Positions 52,517 to 62,373 of a DNA stretch of 64,000 nt are shown piece by piece. The stretch's first letter is position 1; each line of letters starts with the position of its first letter. The notes under the pieces are model-generated. The model saw nothing but the letters and a program-made list of their open reading frames with translations, was not told the origin of the DNA and made no database searches. The translations under genes and the position numbers were made by a program. Source of the stretch: Hyalangium minutum (GTDB lineage Bacteria > Myxococcota > Myxococcia > Myxococcales > Myxococcaceae); assembly GCF_000737315.1 (NCBI RefSeq), contig NZ_JMCB01000006.1:1-64000 (forward strand), given 5' to 3'.

Positions 52517-55246
52517 TCACGCGCTCGCGTACTGGAGGCCCTCTTCCTCGCTCAGCGGGAGACTGAAGCAGAAGGTGTTCCCGTCATCCGAGGTGTTCAG
52601 CCAGATACGGCCGCCGTGCGCCTCGACGATCTGCCAGCTCAAGTGCAGCCCCAGGCCCACCACGCCCGTGTAGCCCGTGGCGCCTGGGGGCAGCGGCTCG
52701 TAGAGGGGTTCGAAGACGTGGGGCTGGCGCTCGGGAGGGATGCCAGGCCCGTGGTCGCTCACGGAGACCATCGCCTGGTGCTCCGCGCACCGCAGCCGGA
52801 CCTCGATGGCCGCACCGGGAGGCGAGTACCGGATGGCGTTCTCCAGCAGGTGCGCCACCACGTCCCCCATGCGCTGGCGGTCTCCATCGACGAGGAGTGA
52901 CTCGGAGACCTCGACACGGATGGGACTCTCCGTGGTGCGGGACAGGCTCTTCACCTTCTCCTCCACCACCTCGCTCAAGTCGAACCGGTCGCGCTCCATC
53001 TTCGGCAGGCCCGGCGCCATCCACACCGCGGCGAAGAGGTGCTCCACCAGCTGCGCCAGCCGCCGCGTGTTCCGGGCAATGGCCGTGAGCCCCTTCTGCT
53101 GGCGCACGGAGTTCACCTCCATGCGGCTGAGGATGTCCGCCCATGTCTGGATGGTGGTGACGGGCGTGCGCAGCTCGTGGGCGGCCGCGGACATGAACTC
53201 CTCGCGCAGCCGCAGGGCCTCGCGGACCTCCAGGAAGAGGCGCGCCTTCTCGATGGCCATGGCGAAGAGCTGGCCCACCGTGGTGTGGAACTCCAGCTCG
53301 CGCGGGGCGAACTGGCGCGGCTCGTGGGTGAAGCACGTCAGCACGCCCACGAGGTGCCCCCGCGAGTGCAGAGGAATGGAGACGAGGCTCCGGAAGCCCT
53401 CCTCGAGCGCGAACTTCTTCGTGAGCGCTGGGGCCTCCTGGGACAGCATGTCGCCGATCACCTGGAGGGTCTCCTGCCGGGCCGCCTGGGCCGTGAGCAG
53501 CGGGGACTCCAGGGAGATCTGCTGCAGGTCCTCGCGGATCTTCTGGGCCAGCCCGTAGGAGCCAATCAAGGAGAGCTGCTGGTGATCCGGCTTGGCCAGC
53601 CACAGCCCCGCGGCATCGGCGCCCAGGGCCTGGAGGCTCTGCTCGATGGCCACGTGGGCCACGCGCTCCAGCTCCACCTCCATGACCAGGGCCTGGCTGA
53701 CGCGGGACAGCGCCAGCTCGCGCTCGAGCAGCCGCGTCCGCTCCTCCTCCACCTGCATGCGCTCGGTGATGTCGTGGACGACGATCTCCCCCAGGATGAT
53801 CTGCCCCGCGGAGTTGCGCACCGGAGCGCCGTTGATGCTGACCAGGCGCTCCTCTCCCTTCGCGGTGCGCAGACGCAGCTCCACGTCGGTGAAGGTCTCC
53901 CCCGCCAGGGCGCGCTGGAGCGGCATCTCCGCCAGCTCCACGGGGCGCCCATCGAGGTGCCGGAAGCAGTGGCGCTCGAGATACTCCTCCAGCGGCCGGC
54001 CCAGGGAAGAGCAATCCTTGAACCCCAGCAAGCGGCACCCGGCCGGGTTGGCGTCACACAGCCGGCCGTCCGGGCTGATGAGGAAGATGGCATCCGGCAC
54101 ACTGGCGATGATGGCGTCACGCTGGCTGGCGTGCCGCTCGGCCTCCTCGCGCAGGGCATCCACCTCGGCCTGGCGCCGCGCAACGCGGGAGGACATCTCA
54201 TTGAAGGCCTCGGCCAGTTCCTGGAGCTCATCGCCCGTCTGGATGGAGACCCGCTGCCCCAGCTCGCCACGGCCCACGTTGCGTGCCACCGCCCGCAGGC
54301 TCCGGACCGGGTAGGCGTAGCGGCGGGCGAGCACGGCCGAGAGCAGCGCGCTCAGGAGCAGGATGCCCAGGAAGGCGCCCAGCTTCGCACGGAGCCACCC
54401 GTAGAGCGGCGCCAGCGCCACGTCGCGAGGCGCCATCACACCCACGGCCCACCCATGGCGAGGCGTCGGAACGAAGGTGCCCAGCGAGAGGACCGTGCTC
54501 AGTGGGTTGGTGAAGCGCTCGAGCTGCACGGGCGTCCCAGCCAGCGCGCGCCGCAGGGGCTCCAGGGCGAGAAATGCACCGCTCTGCGCGTACGTCAAAT
54601 CCGGGTAGCCGGTGTGAAAGGCCAACCGGCCCGTCGCATCGACCAGGAAGATCTCCTGGCCGGACTGGAGGCGAGCGTCCAGGTAGCGGCGCGCGAGCAG
54701 GCGGGTCTGCATGATGACGTTCACGACGCCCGTCGGCCGGCCCTCGGGTCCGGGAATGGGCACGGAGATCAGGATCGCCGTGCCCTGGGGACGGCGCAGC
54801 TCGATGACTTCGGAGATGACCGGGGCCCCGGTCGCCATCACCTTCTGGAAGTAGGGGCGATCCCCAATGCGGAGCCGGGGCTCGGCAGGTGCGTCCGGTT
54901 CACCCCAGCCGCGGTTCAAGCCCGTGGCGTCGTAGACGCCGATGGCGTCATAGAGAGAGCTGCGCAGGACCAGCTGCTGCATGTGGCCGTCCAGCTGACG
55001 GGGATCCATGCCCTGCACCAGCGGATCATTGGCCACCGCCTGGGCGAACTCGATGGCGGCCTCGAAGGACTCGGTGAGCTGCACCGCGACGGCCTGCGCG
55101 GTGATGCGCTGGGTGGCCAGCAGGGTCTCCTGGGTCCGCTGCTTCCCCAGGAAGAAGTCCGCGCTCAGGAGCACCAGGACGGGCAGCAGCACAGCGCCGA
55201 AGGCGAGCAGCAGCTTGGCGTGAAAATGCAGTCGAGGCATGGCCAT
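52517..55246 (-). CDS. Cache/HAMP/PAS/GAF sensor histidine kinase
   Basis: TM, periplasmic Cache-like region (RPYFQKV), TM, HAMP (GDELQELAEAFNEM), PAS, GAF, AAHELRTPVT H-box, HLLENAIRY, DHGPGI, GLGL. Confidence 0.9.
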   Translation of the reverse strand: MAMPRLHFHAKLLLAFGAVLLPVLVLLSADFFLGKQRTQETLLATQRITAQAVAVQLTESFEAAIEFAQAVANDPLVQGMDPRQLDGHMQQLVLRSSLYDAIGVYDATGLNRGWGEPDAPAEPRLRIGDRPYFQKVMATGAPVISEVIELRRPQGTAILISVPIPGPEGRPTGVVNVIMQTRLLARRYLDARLQSGQEIFLVDATGRLAFHTGYPDLTYAQSGAFLALEPLRRALAGTPVQLERFTNPLSTVLSLGTFVPTPRHGWAVGVMAPRDVALAPLYGWLRAKLGAFLGILLLSALLSAVLARRYAYPVRSLRAVARNVGRGELGQRVSIQTGDELQELAEAFNEMSSRVARRQAEVDALREEAERHASQRDAIIASVPDAIFLISPDGRLCDANPAGCRLLGFKDCSSLGRPLEEYLERHCFRHLDGRPVELAEMPLQRALAGETFTDVELRLRTAKGEERLVSINGAPVRNSAGQIILGEIVVHDITERMQVEEERTRLLERELALSRVSQALVMEVELERVAHVAIEQSLQALGADAAGLWLAKPDHQQLSLIGSYGLAQKIREDLQQISLESPLLTAQAARQETLQVIGDMLSQEAPALTKKFALEEGFRSLVSIPLHSRGHLVGVLTCFTHEPRQFAPRELEFHTTVGQLFAMAIEKARLFLEVREALRLREEFMSAAAHELRTPVTTIQTWADILSRMEVNSVRQQKGLTAIARNTRRLAQLVEHLFAAVWMAPGLPKMERDRFDLSEVVEEKVKSLSRTTESPIRVEVSESLLVDGDRQRMGDVVAHLLENAIRYSPPGAAIEVRLRCAEHQAMVSVSDHGPGIPPERQPHVFEPLYEPLPPGATGYTGVVGLGLHLSWQIVEAHGGRIWLNTSDDGNTFCFSLPLSEEEGLQYASA

Positions 55247-55453
55247 CCGAGAGACGCGTTTCCCGTCTCAACAGTCATGACGCCTCCTTGCCTTCACCCC
55301 CCTCACTGTTACCGGCAGGGAACCCTGGCGAGTGAGCGTGCCCCTGCCCGGTTTGCTCCGAGGGACAGAAGCCCCCCGGAGCTCAGAGAGCGGCCAGGAC
55401 AGCGCCTGGGAGCTGCCCCGCTCTGGGCCGGTGTCGGGGCTCGCCCAAGCCGC

Positions 55454-56281
55454 TCAGGGAGAGGGAATGAGCCCCTCGCCGTGCCTCACCAGGACCGCCC
55501 GCGAGTAGGCCATCTGGAACCCAAGCCGCGCGGCGTTGCGCTCGGTGGGGATTCCGGGTCCGGAGTGGATCACGGCCCAGCGGCTCCCGTGCTCGCGCCC
55601 TTGCTCGAGGCGCCGGATGATCAGCGCCTGCTGGATGCCCCTCCCACGGTATGCGGGCCTCACGGAGGTCCCGAACAACTGGGTGACGCCCTCGCTCGAC
55701 TCGCAGCCACCCGCGCCCACGGTCTCGCGGCCGATACGGGCCATGAACAGGTCGTACCCAGGCGCTGTCGAGGCCCTCATCCCGAACTCCAGGATGGGCT
55801 CCGGCACCGCCACGCCCTCGGGGAAGAAGCCGCTGAAGGCCACCTCCACGTGCTCGCGGACCGCGGCGGTGTTCTTCGGATCCACCCGGTCGATCGTCAC
55901 GCCCTGGGGCCAGCCTCCCTTCAGGAGCACGCGGAGGTCCTCGCCTCCCGACAAGTCCCTCACGAGGGTGTTCTCGAACTCGTGGAGCACGAACCCTCTC
56001 CGAGCGAGCCCCGCGAGCAGCTCGGGCGGCGCAAACGGGCTCAGCTCGACCTTGGGCTCCGCGCCGCGCTCCGTGAAGAACGCGACGATCCGGTCCAGCT
56101 CCGCGTCCGTGAGGGCCCGATCGAAGCCGAGCCCGCAGGCCTTGTTGATCGGCGAGCCGGGCGAGTCGAAGAGGAGCCAGCCATCGGCCAGGCGCTCGGC
56201 CTCCTTGACGAACCGTGACAGCGGAACACCGTGCTTGTGTTCGACGAGGCGGGCGATCCCAGCGAAGTCCAGGTCTTTCAT
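55454..56281 (-). CDS. GNAT-family N-acetyltransferase
   Basis: LFGTSVRPAYRGRGIQQALI (acetyl-CoA motif A), TERNAARLGF. Start placed at ATG 56281. Confidence 0.85.
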   Translation of the reverse strand: MKDLDFAGIARLVEHKHGVPLSRFVKEAERLADGWLLFDSPGSPINKACGLGFDRALTDAELDRIVAFFTERGAEPKVELSPFAPPELLAGLARRGFVLHEFENTLVRDLSGGEDLRVLLKGGWPQGVTIDRVDPKNTAAVREHVEVAFSGFFPEGVAVPEPILEFGMRASTAPGYDLFMARIGRETVGAGGCESSEGVTQLFGTSVRPAYRGRGIQQALIIRRLEQGREHGSRWAVIHSGPGIPTERNAARLGFQMAYSRAVLVRHGEGLIPSP

Positions 56282-56315
56282 TGCGCGCGAGTCTTTGAGG
56301 GGTGGAACTCCGAGT

Positions 56316-56939
56316 CTACTTCGTGGGCGCCGGTGCCCGCATTTTGGCACCCGTGGGGGCCTTCTCCTGCGGCTTTCCCCCTCCACCGGGCGTGACCGCA
56401 GCCGCCGCGGCATCCGGCTCGAACAGCCGCAGCGTCCACAGCGAGCCGGTGTTGTACCCAGGCAGGTTCATCGGGTTGAAGATGCTGGAGCTCGTCGCGA
56501 AGCCTCCCGCGTACGCAGGGGGGAACTCCGTCAGCTTCAGCGCGCAGCCCACCAGCACCACGCCTGGGCGCGGTACGGCGTTGCTCACCGCCGTGCACTT
56601 GCCCACTGCGGCGAAGTGCCCCTCAGGCAAGTCGAAGCTCGCGTACATGTCCGCCTGGGAGCCCTCGGCGAAGGTGCGATCGGTGACGAGCGCGCACGCC
56701 CTCGCCTTGCCTACTGCCTTCTGCTCACCGGCCTTCAGCTTGCCGTTCGCATCCCGCTCCGGCACGGAGACAATGCCTGGCAGCTTCACGTTCGCCTGAA
56801 AGGGCGCACCCTGGCAGAGGTTCGGATCCGCCGCCTTGGGGTCTTCCAAGGTCCGGAACTGGTACGACACCTCACCCGCCCGCGCCGACAGCGGCAGGAC
56901 GAGTGCGAGCGAGACCACAGCGACAGAGAGGCGCGGCAT
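56316..56939 (-). CDS. Secreted hypothetical protein (beta-rich, 4 Cys)
   Basis: Signal peptide MPRLSVAVVSLALVLPLSARA, alternating beta-strand pattern, Pro/Ala/Lys tail. Confidence 0.7.
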   Translation of the reverse strand: MPRLSVAVVSLALVLPLSARAGEVSYQFRTLEDPKAADPNLCQGAPFQANVKLPGIVSVPERDANGKLKAGEQKAVGKARACALVTDRTFAEGSQADMYASFDLPEGHFAAVGKCTAVSNAVPRPGVVLVGCALKLTEFPPAYAGGFATSSSIFNPMNLPGYNTGSLWTLRLFEPDAAAAAVTPGGGGKPQEKAPTGAKMRAPAPTK

Positions 56940-57023
56940 GGGACGACTCCTCGGGATGGTGGGCTCCGGATCTAACGTGATCCGGGAGCACCACGACCAT
57001 CAGGGTCATCCGCACCCCAGCGG

Positions 57024-58121
57024 TTACAGCCGCACCAGCTGGGCGCCGTAGTGGACACTGGCGCCCACAGCGGCCACCATCACCACGTCCCCACTGCCCA
57101 GGCGCACCCGGCCGGACTCCAGGTCCTCGGCCAGCAGGATGAGCATGCCGGCCGCCGAGGTGTTGCCGTAGCGGTGCACATTCATCGCCACGCGCTCCGG
57201 GTCCAGCCCCGCGTGATGAACGAAGAACTCCATCAGCCGCCGGTTGGGCTGGTGGAAGTAGTAGCGCTTCACCTCGGAGGCCAGCTCCGGGTGGTTCTCC
57301 AGCACCGCGCTGATGCAGTGTCCCATGACGAGCGGGTAGCTCTCCGCCACCTTCTGCCCGTTCACCACGAAGGCCATGTCGCCCGGACGCGCGCGGCCCT
57401 GGAAGGGCAGCTTCATGTTCCCGCCGCCGCGGCGGAAGACCAGCTCCCCATGGGTGTTTCCGGACATCGTCGCCAGGATGCCCGTGCCCTCCTCGCCATC
57501 CGCGCGGAGGATGACCGCGCCCGCCCCGTCTCCGAACACATACCCAGACAGGTACGCATTGAGCGGCTTGGCGCCGGGCGAGGGGATGATCTCGTCCGTA
57601 TAAACCTGGCGGTTCACGTGCGGCGAGCACAGCGACGAGGCCACCACCGCCACCGTCTTGAAGCGGCCGCCCTCCATCATCTTGGCCGCCATGTCGATGA
57701 TGTACGGGGTGCCGCCGCACCCATCGTCAATCACGAGCGCGAAGGTGTCCGTGCGGCACTCCAGGCGCCGGTGCAGCTCCATGGCGTCGTGGTTGAAGTT
57801 CAGCTCGTCCGGCGTGCAGGTGACGAGCAGGATGGCGTCCAGCTCCTTCGCCTCCACGCCGGACTGCACGAGCGCCTTGCGCAGGGCAATCTCACACATG
57901 TCCGTGTTCGACGCCGGATAGACGGGCAGATCATTCTCGGGTGGAGCAATGGCCACACCCTCCTTGTCATCGATCTCCCACAGATAGCGGCGCTCCTCGA
58001 TGCCCGTCTTCTCGAGAATGCGCTCAGGGGTCCAACCCGGGAAGGCGCGTGCAATGCGCTCGTTGTTGATGACTCGGGAAGGAACGAAGGCGCCGGCTCC
58101 AGCAAAACGCACAGTGGGCAT
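57024..58121 (-). CDS. 3-oxoacyl-ACP synthase III (FabH)-like ketosynthase
   Basis: TGIEERR, TCTPD, catalytic Cys in DDGCGG, FGDGAGA, FHQPN (His), YGNTSAA (Asn), AVGA. Confidence 0.9.
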   Translation of the reverse strand: MPTVRFAGAGAFVPSRVINNERIARAFPGWTPERILEKTGIEERRYLWEIDDKEGVAIAPPENDLPVYPASNTDMCEIALRKALVQSGVEAKELDAILLVTCTPDELNFNHDAMELHRRLECRTDTFALVIDDGCGGTPYIIDMAAKMMEGGRFKTVAVVASSLCSPHVNRQVYTDEIIPSPGAKPLNAYLSGYVFGDGAGAVILRADGEEGTGILATMSGNTHGELVFRRGGGNMKLPFQGRARPGDMAFVVNGQKVAESYPLVMGHCISAVLENHPELASEVKRYYFHQPNRRLMEFFVHHAGLDPERVAMNVHRYGNTSAAGMLILLAEDLESGRVRLGSGDVVMVAAVGASVHYGAQLVRL

Positions 58122-58171
58122 GGTCGTTTCTCGCGGTGATGTGAGGTGCTCGCCTGCTGATGGAGGTCATC

Positions 58172-58187
58172 AGCAGGTGGCATGCCA
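58172..58187 (-). promoter_or_regulatory. Sigma54-type -24/-12 promoter for the KS-III gene
   Basis: The minus strand reads TGGCATGCCACCTGCT, i.e. GG-N10-GC, close to the TGGCACG-N4-TTGCW consensus. Predicted +1 is near 58161, 40 nt upstream of the ATG. Confidence 0.65.
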
Positions 58188-58566
58188 CTCGCCGCAGGTG
58201 GGTGAAGGCGCGTCCCAGGCCTTCTCCCGCCCTCATGGGCGCCCCGCCCCTCTTCCCCCGTTTTCCAAATAATTCGTTTCTTTCCTGACAAATGGGACCC
58301 CGGTCAGATCCTCGAAGTGCTCGAATTCACGACTGAAATCGAGTCCGAGGAGACCTCTTGGGTTGAGTGCCACCGAGCAGGCGTGCTCGACGTGTAGGCA
58401 GAGCTGGGCCGAGCGGGTGGGTCTCTCAAGACACCGGGGGGTCATGCCTGCCTTCAGAGCGGCAGCCACAGGGGTTCGGGTGACCCACCCCCCTGGGTGA
58501 GTCTGAGTGCGCTCACGCTCGCACCACCCTATCAGGTCGTCCTCCGGAGGAGCCTTCCGGGGCACT

Positions 58567-60171
58567 TCAATGGTGGGGAGGCGGGGCCGCCGGAGGCGTC
58601 CGCTGGGCGGCGGGTGTCGAGCGCCGGGCAGCCGGGAGCGGGTGCCGGGGCAGAGACACGGTGAAGGTGGTCCCGCTCTCCCGCGTGGAGTCCACGGAGA
58701 TGCTGCCGCCATGGGCCTCCACGATGTGCTTCACGATGAAGAGCCCCAGGCCGAGGGAGTGCTTGCCGTGGCACCCCGGGCCATCGCCTCGCTTGAGCGG
58801 TTGGAAGAGCTGGTCCATCAGCTCTGGGGGGATGGGCTCCCCCTCGTTGTGCACGGAGAGGCGCACCTCGTCGGGCAGGCCGAACGTGCGCACCTGCACC
58901 GCGCAGTGCTCGGAGCCGTAAGCCAGGGCGTTGCGCACCAGGTTGGTGATGAGCTGCGACAGCCGGTCTCCGTCCCACTCGCCGCGCCCCTCGCCTCGCT
59001 GTTCCAGGAGGAGCTGCCGGTGCGGGTGGGCGAGCTGGACTTCCTCCACCGCCTGCCGCGTGAGCTCGTGCAAGTCCAACGGCCGGAGCTTCACCGGGAG
59101 GGAGCCCTGGAACCGGACCTGGGTGAAGTCCAGCAGGTCCTCCAGCATCCGGGCGGCGCGATCGGCGCTGCAGAGGATGCGCTCGAGGGTGCGGCGGCCT
59201 CGCTCGTCCTGCCCGCCCTGCTTCAACAGCAGCATGGCGGCCATGGAGATGGCGTTGATGGGGTTGCGCAGATCATGGCTGACGATGCCGATGAGGTGCT
59301 GCTCGATGTCGGCCCGCCGCCGCTCCTCCTGCTCGGTCCGCTTGAGCTCGGTGATGTCCTGGAGGGCGCCCACCATGCGCAGGGCCCGGCCTTCCGCGTC
59401 GCGCGCCACGTAGGCCCGGTCGCGCACGAGCATGTACGCGCCGTCCCCGCGCAGGAAGCGGTACTCGTCCATCCAGTGGGCGTCGCCTCCTTCGAGTGCC
59501 GCTTGGAGGCCGCTCACCACGCGCTGGCGGTCCTCGGGGTGGATGTGCTCTTCCCACCAGCCGATGGAGGTATCCACCCCGGAGGCGGGGTGGCCGGTGA
59601 GCCGGGAGAGGCTGTCGCTCCAGTCCACCTGTCCCGTCATGATGTTCCAGTCCCAGACGAGATCCTGGGTGGCCATGGTGGCCAGGCGGTAGCGCGTCTC
59701 GGATTGGCGCAGCTTCTCCTCGGCTCGCTTGCGCTCGGAGAGGTGCTCCTGTGTGTAGCGCCGCAGGGAGCTCTCGATGGCGGTGGCCAGCGCATCCAGC
59801 AGGCGGTTCAGCGCCTGAGGCTCCAGAGGCCAATGATCTTCATCGAGGACATTGAAGATGATGAAGCGCAGCAGGGCGTACTCCCGCACCACTTCGGAGG
59901 GATCGAACCCCAGGCGGAAGCGCTGGGCGCCATGGGTCTCGGCGAGCGCCTCCAAGGAAGCGCCCCGAGGGCGGTCCGGGGCAGGCGAGCCTCGCAGGGC
60001 CGCAATCACCGCGACGAGGAACTCGGGCAGGGAGTCGAGCAGCTCGGCTCGGGGCAGGCGGGCCGCAGAGGGCCTCTTTCGCGCCTGCTCCTCCCAGCGG
60101 CGGGCAATGTCCTCGCTGCGAGCCTCCAGCAGCTGGGCGAGGCCCCCGCTCGTTGGGTCGCACGGCGTCAT
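58567..60171 (-). CDS. PAS sensor histidine kinase with RsbRD_N-like N-terminal domain
   Basis: HGAQRFRLGFDPSEVVREY, PAS (QDLVWDWNI...IHPEDR), VSHDLRNPI H-box, NLVRNA, HNEGEPIP, GLGLFIV. Confidence 0.9.
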   Translation of the reverse strand: MTPCDPTSGGLAQLLEARSEDIARRWEEQARKRPSAARLPRAELLDSLPEFLVAVIAALRGSPAPDRPRGASLEALAETHGAQRFRLGFDPSEVVREYALLRFIIFNVLDEDHWPLEPQALNRLLDALATAIESSLRRYTQEHLSERKRAEEKLRQSETRYRLATMATQDLVWDWNIMTGQVDWSDSLSRLTGHPASGVDTSIGWWEEHIHPEDRQRVVSGLQAALEGGDAHWMDEYRFLRGDGAYMLVRDRAYVARDAEGRALRMVGALQDITELKRTEQEERRRADIEQHLIGIVSHDLRNPINAISMAAMLLLKQGGQDERGRRTLERILCSADRAARMLEDLLDFTQVRFQGSLPVKLRPLDLHELTRQAVEEVQLAHPHRQLLLEQRGEGRGEWDGDRLSQLITNLVRNALAYGSEHCAVQVRTFGLPDEVRLSVHNEGEPIPPELMDQLFQPLKRGDGPGCHGKHSLGLGLFIVKHIVEAHGGSISVDSTRESGTTFTVSLPRHPLPAARRSTPAAQRTPPAAPPPHH

Positions 60172-60413
60172 GGAACCGCTCCTCCCATGGGCACGTCAGC
60201 CAATGTGGGCACGCCCGGGAGCGATGAGGAGGGGCACGTCCGTCCGAGGCTGAGGCGTCCCTGCCTGCCTGGACTCGGACGAGCGGGGCGCTCCGGAAGC
60301 TGTACTACCTGACAGATGGGGGCACTTCTGAGGTTGCAACGGGAGCCGGGCCATCTAAGGTGGGGACACCACCGCGAGCTCGGGAGCAAACCGGGAGCGC
60401 TGGTGCCTGTGTC

Positions 60414-61187
60414 ATGGGCCACGTCCACATCATCCGAGACTTCGAATCCCCCCAGGAAGGCTTCACGCGGACCCTCCGCATCTACACGCCGGACGGGTAC
60501 GACGAGCACGGTGAGCACCGCTACCCCGTCCTTTATATGCATGACGGGCAGAACGTGTTCGCGCACCCGGAGTCGTCGGTCTTCGACACGTGGTGTGCCA
60601 ACCACGCGCTGGAGGCGCTGGTGGCCGAGGGCCGGCTGGAGCCGTGGATCATCGTCGCGGTGGACTCGGGGCCGGGACGGTTCCAGGAGTACTCGCCGTG
60701 GGACGAGCCGCGCAACCAGGTGAAGGCGCGGGGCCCGCAGTACGCGCGCTTCCTGGTGGAGCAGGTGAAGCCGTACGTGGACCGCGTCTACCGCACGCGT
60801 CCGGGTCCGGAGTGGACAGGGGCGATGGGCTCGTCCCTGGGCGGGCTCATCTCGCTGTACCTCGGGTGGCAGTACCCAGAGGTGTTCGGTCGGATTGGGG
60901 CGCTGTCGCCCACGGTGATGTGGAGCGAGCGGCAGCTCTTCACGAAGTGGACTGCCCACAGCCAGAAGTGGTCGCGCATCTATTTGGATGCGGGCTCCAC
61001 GGAGCACATCGCCACGGACAACGTGCCGCTGAATTACGGGGTGGCCACGCGCGAGTTCTACAGCCACCTGAAGCAGGTGGGGTACCACGACCACGAGGTG
61101 ATTCTGGTGCTGGAGCCGGGTGGGCAGCACCACGAGAAGGACTGGCAGCGGCGGCTGCCGTTCGCGTTCCGGTGGCTGCTGAGCTGA
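60414..61187 (+). CDS. Alpha/beta-hydrolase, putative esterase
   Basis: YPVLYMHDGQNVF, nucleophile elbow GSSLGG, IYLDAG, GQHHEKDW. Start placed at ATG 60414. Confidence 0.9.
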   Translation: MGHVHIIRDFESPQEGFTRTLRIYTPDGYDEHGEHRYPVLYMHDGQNVFAHPESSVFDTWCANHALEALVAEGRLEPWIIVAVDSGPGRFQEYSPWDEPRNQVKARGPQYARFLVEQVKPYVDRVYRTRPGPEWTGAMGSSLGGLISLYLGWQYPEVFGRIGALSPTVMWSERQLFTKWTAHSQKWSRIYLDAGSTEHIATDNVPLNYGVATREFYSHLKQVGYHDHEVILVLEPGGQHHEKDWQRRLPFAFRWLLS

Positions 61188-61206
61188 GCCGGAGCGTAGG
61201 CCTGGG

Positions 61207-62373
61207 CTAGCGGAGGGCCTGGACGAAGCGCACGTCCTCGCGCAGGCGCTCCAGGTCCGCGTGGCGGGTGAGGTACATCTCGCTGCCCATGGCGGCCTGG
61301 TAGACGCTGGGCATGCTGGTGGTGTGCATCATCAGCGCGTGGCCGAGCCGGCGCAGCACCTCCTCGTGGCTGTGGAGGTAGGGGCGGCCGGCGCGCCGGG
61401 CGATGTGGCACACGTGGTACTTGGGGGCGAAGCGGATGTCAGTGACGGGATCGCCGGTGACGAGGCGGGCCCAGAGCCGGTACACGTCGACGTCGCAGGC
61501 GTAGTTGATCATGTCCGTCATGAAGCCGCCGGGGGGGCGGAGGTTCGCCTCGAGCGCGACGAAGCGGTCACCGGGGAGACGGAAGAACTCCAGGTGGAAC
61601 CAGCGCTCACGCAAGCCGAGTGCGTCCACGGCCTTGCGGCCGAGCTCATCGAGCGAGTCGGGGATGGACTTGAGGCTCCAGAAGGAGATGTCGCGCTTCT
61701 CGGTGACGACCTCCATGACGCCGTCGCTGTACTCGTGGCTGAGGGTGAAGAGAATCTTCCCCTCGCGGTCCACGACGCCGTCATAGGTGACGATGGTGCC
61801 CTGGACGAAGGCCTGGGCGACGTAGGAGGTGGGCAGGGGCTGGGCGAGCGCCTGATCGACTTCGGCGTCGCTGCTGACCTTGAAGGTGTGCGCGGCGCCC
61901 ACGCCGACGTCGGGCTTGAGGACGAGCGGGTAGCCCACGCGCTGGGCGAAGGCCTTCACTTGAGCGGCACTCTGGACAAGCTCGAGCTCGGGGTGGGGCA
62001 CGCTGGCGTCACGGAAGACGGTGGCCATGCCGGACTTGGAGCGGAGGCGCTGGATGTCCGAGGGCTTGAGGCCGAAGACGTTGAAGTCCTCGCGCAGGCG
62101 GGCCTCCTGGCCGAGCCAGGACTCGTTGAGCGACTCGATGCGGTGGATGCGGCCGTGGCGCCAGGTGAGGTAGCCGGTGGCGCGCAGGAGGGCGTCGTAG
62201 TCGTGGAGGCTGGGGGTGAAGAAGTACTCGCGGAGGTTCTCCCGCAGCTCGTGGCGCAGGGTGTCGTAGGGGGTGTCACCGATGGCCAGCACGTTGACGC
62301 CCCGCTCCCGCAGAGCGGTGATGAAGTGGAAGAACTGAGGCGGAAAGTGGGGAGAGATGAAGACGAAGTTCAT
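61207..62373 (-). CDS. ATP-grasp (carboxylate-amine ligase) family protein
   Basis: MNFVFISPHFP, KSGMA.VF, YPLVLKPDVGVGA, FHLEFF, ALEANLRPPGG. Confidence 0.85.
   Translation of the reverse strand: MNFVFISPHFPPQFFHFITALRERGVNVLAIGDTPYDTLRHELRENLREYFFTPSLHDYDALLRATGYLTWRHGRIHRIESLNESWLGQEARLREDFNVFGLKPSDIQRLRSKSGMATVFRDASVPHPELELVQSAAQVKAFAQRVGYPLVLKPDVGVGAAHTFKVSSDAEVDQALAQPLPTSYVAQAFVQGTIVTYDGVVDREGKILFTLSHEYSDGVMEVVTEKRDISFWSLKSIPDSLDELGRKAVDALGLRERWFHLEFFRLPGDRFVALEANLRPPGGFMTDMINYACDVDVYRLWARLVTGDPVTDIRFAPKYHVCHIARRAGRPYLHSHEEVLRRLGHALMMHTTSMPSVYQAAMGSEMYLTRHADLERLREDVRFVQALR

Noticed and set aside
53039-56218. 1059-aa plus-strand ORF
   Set aside because: It is antisense to the histidine kinase and GNAT genes, has no domain motifs, and the minus-strand genes are strongly supported.
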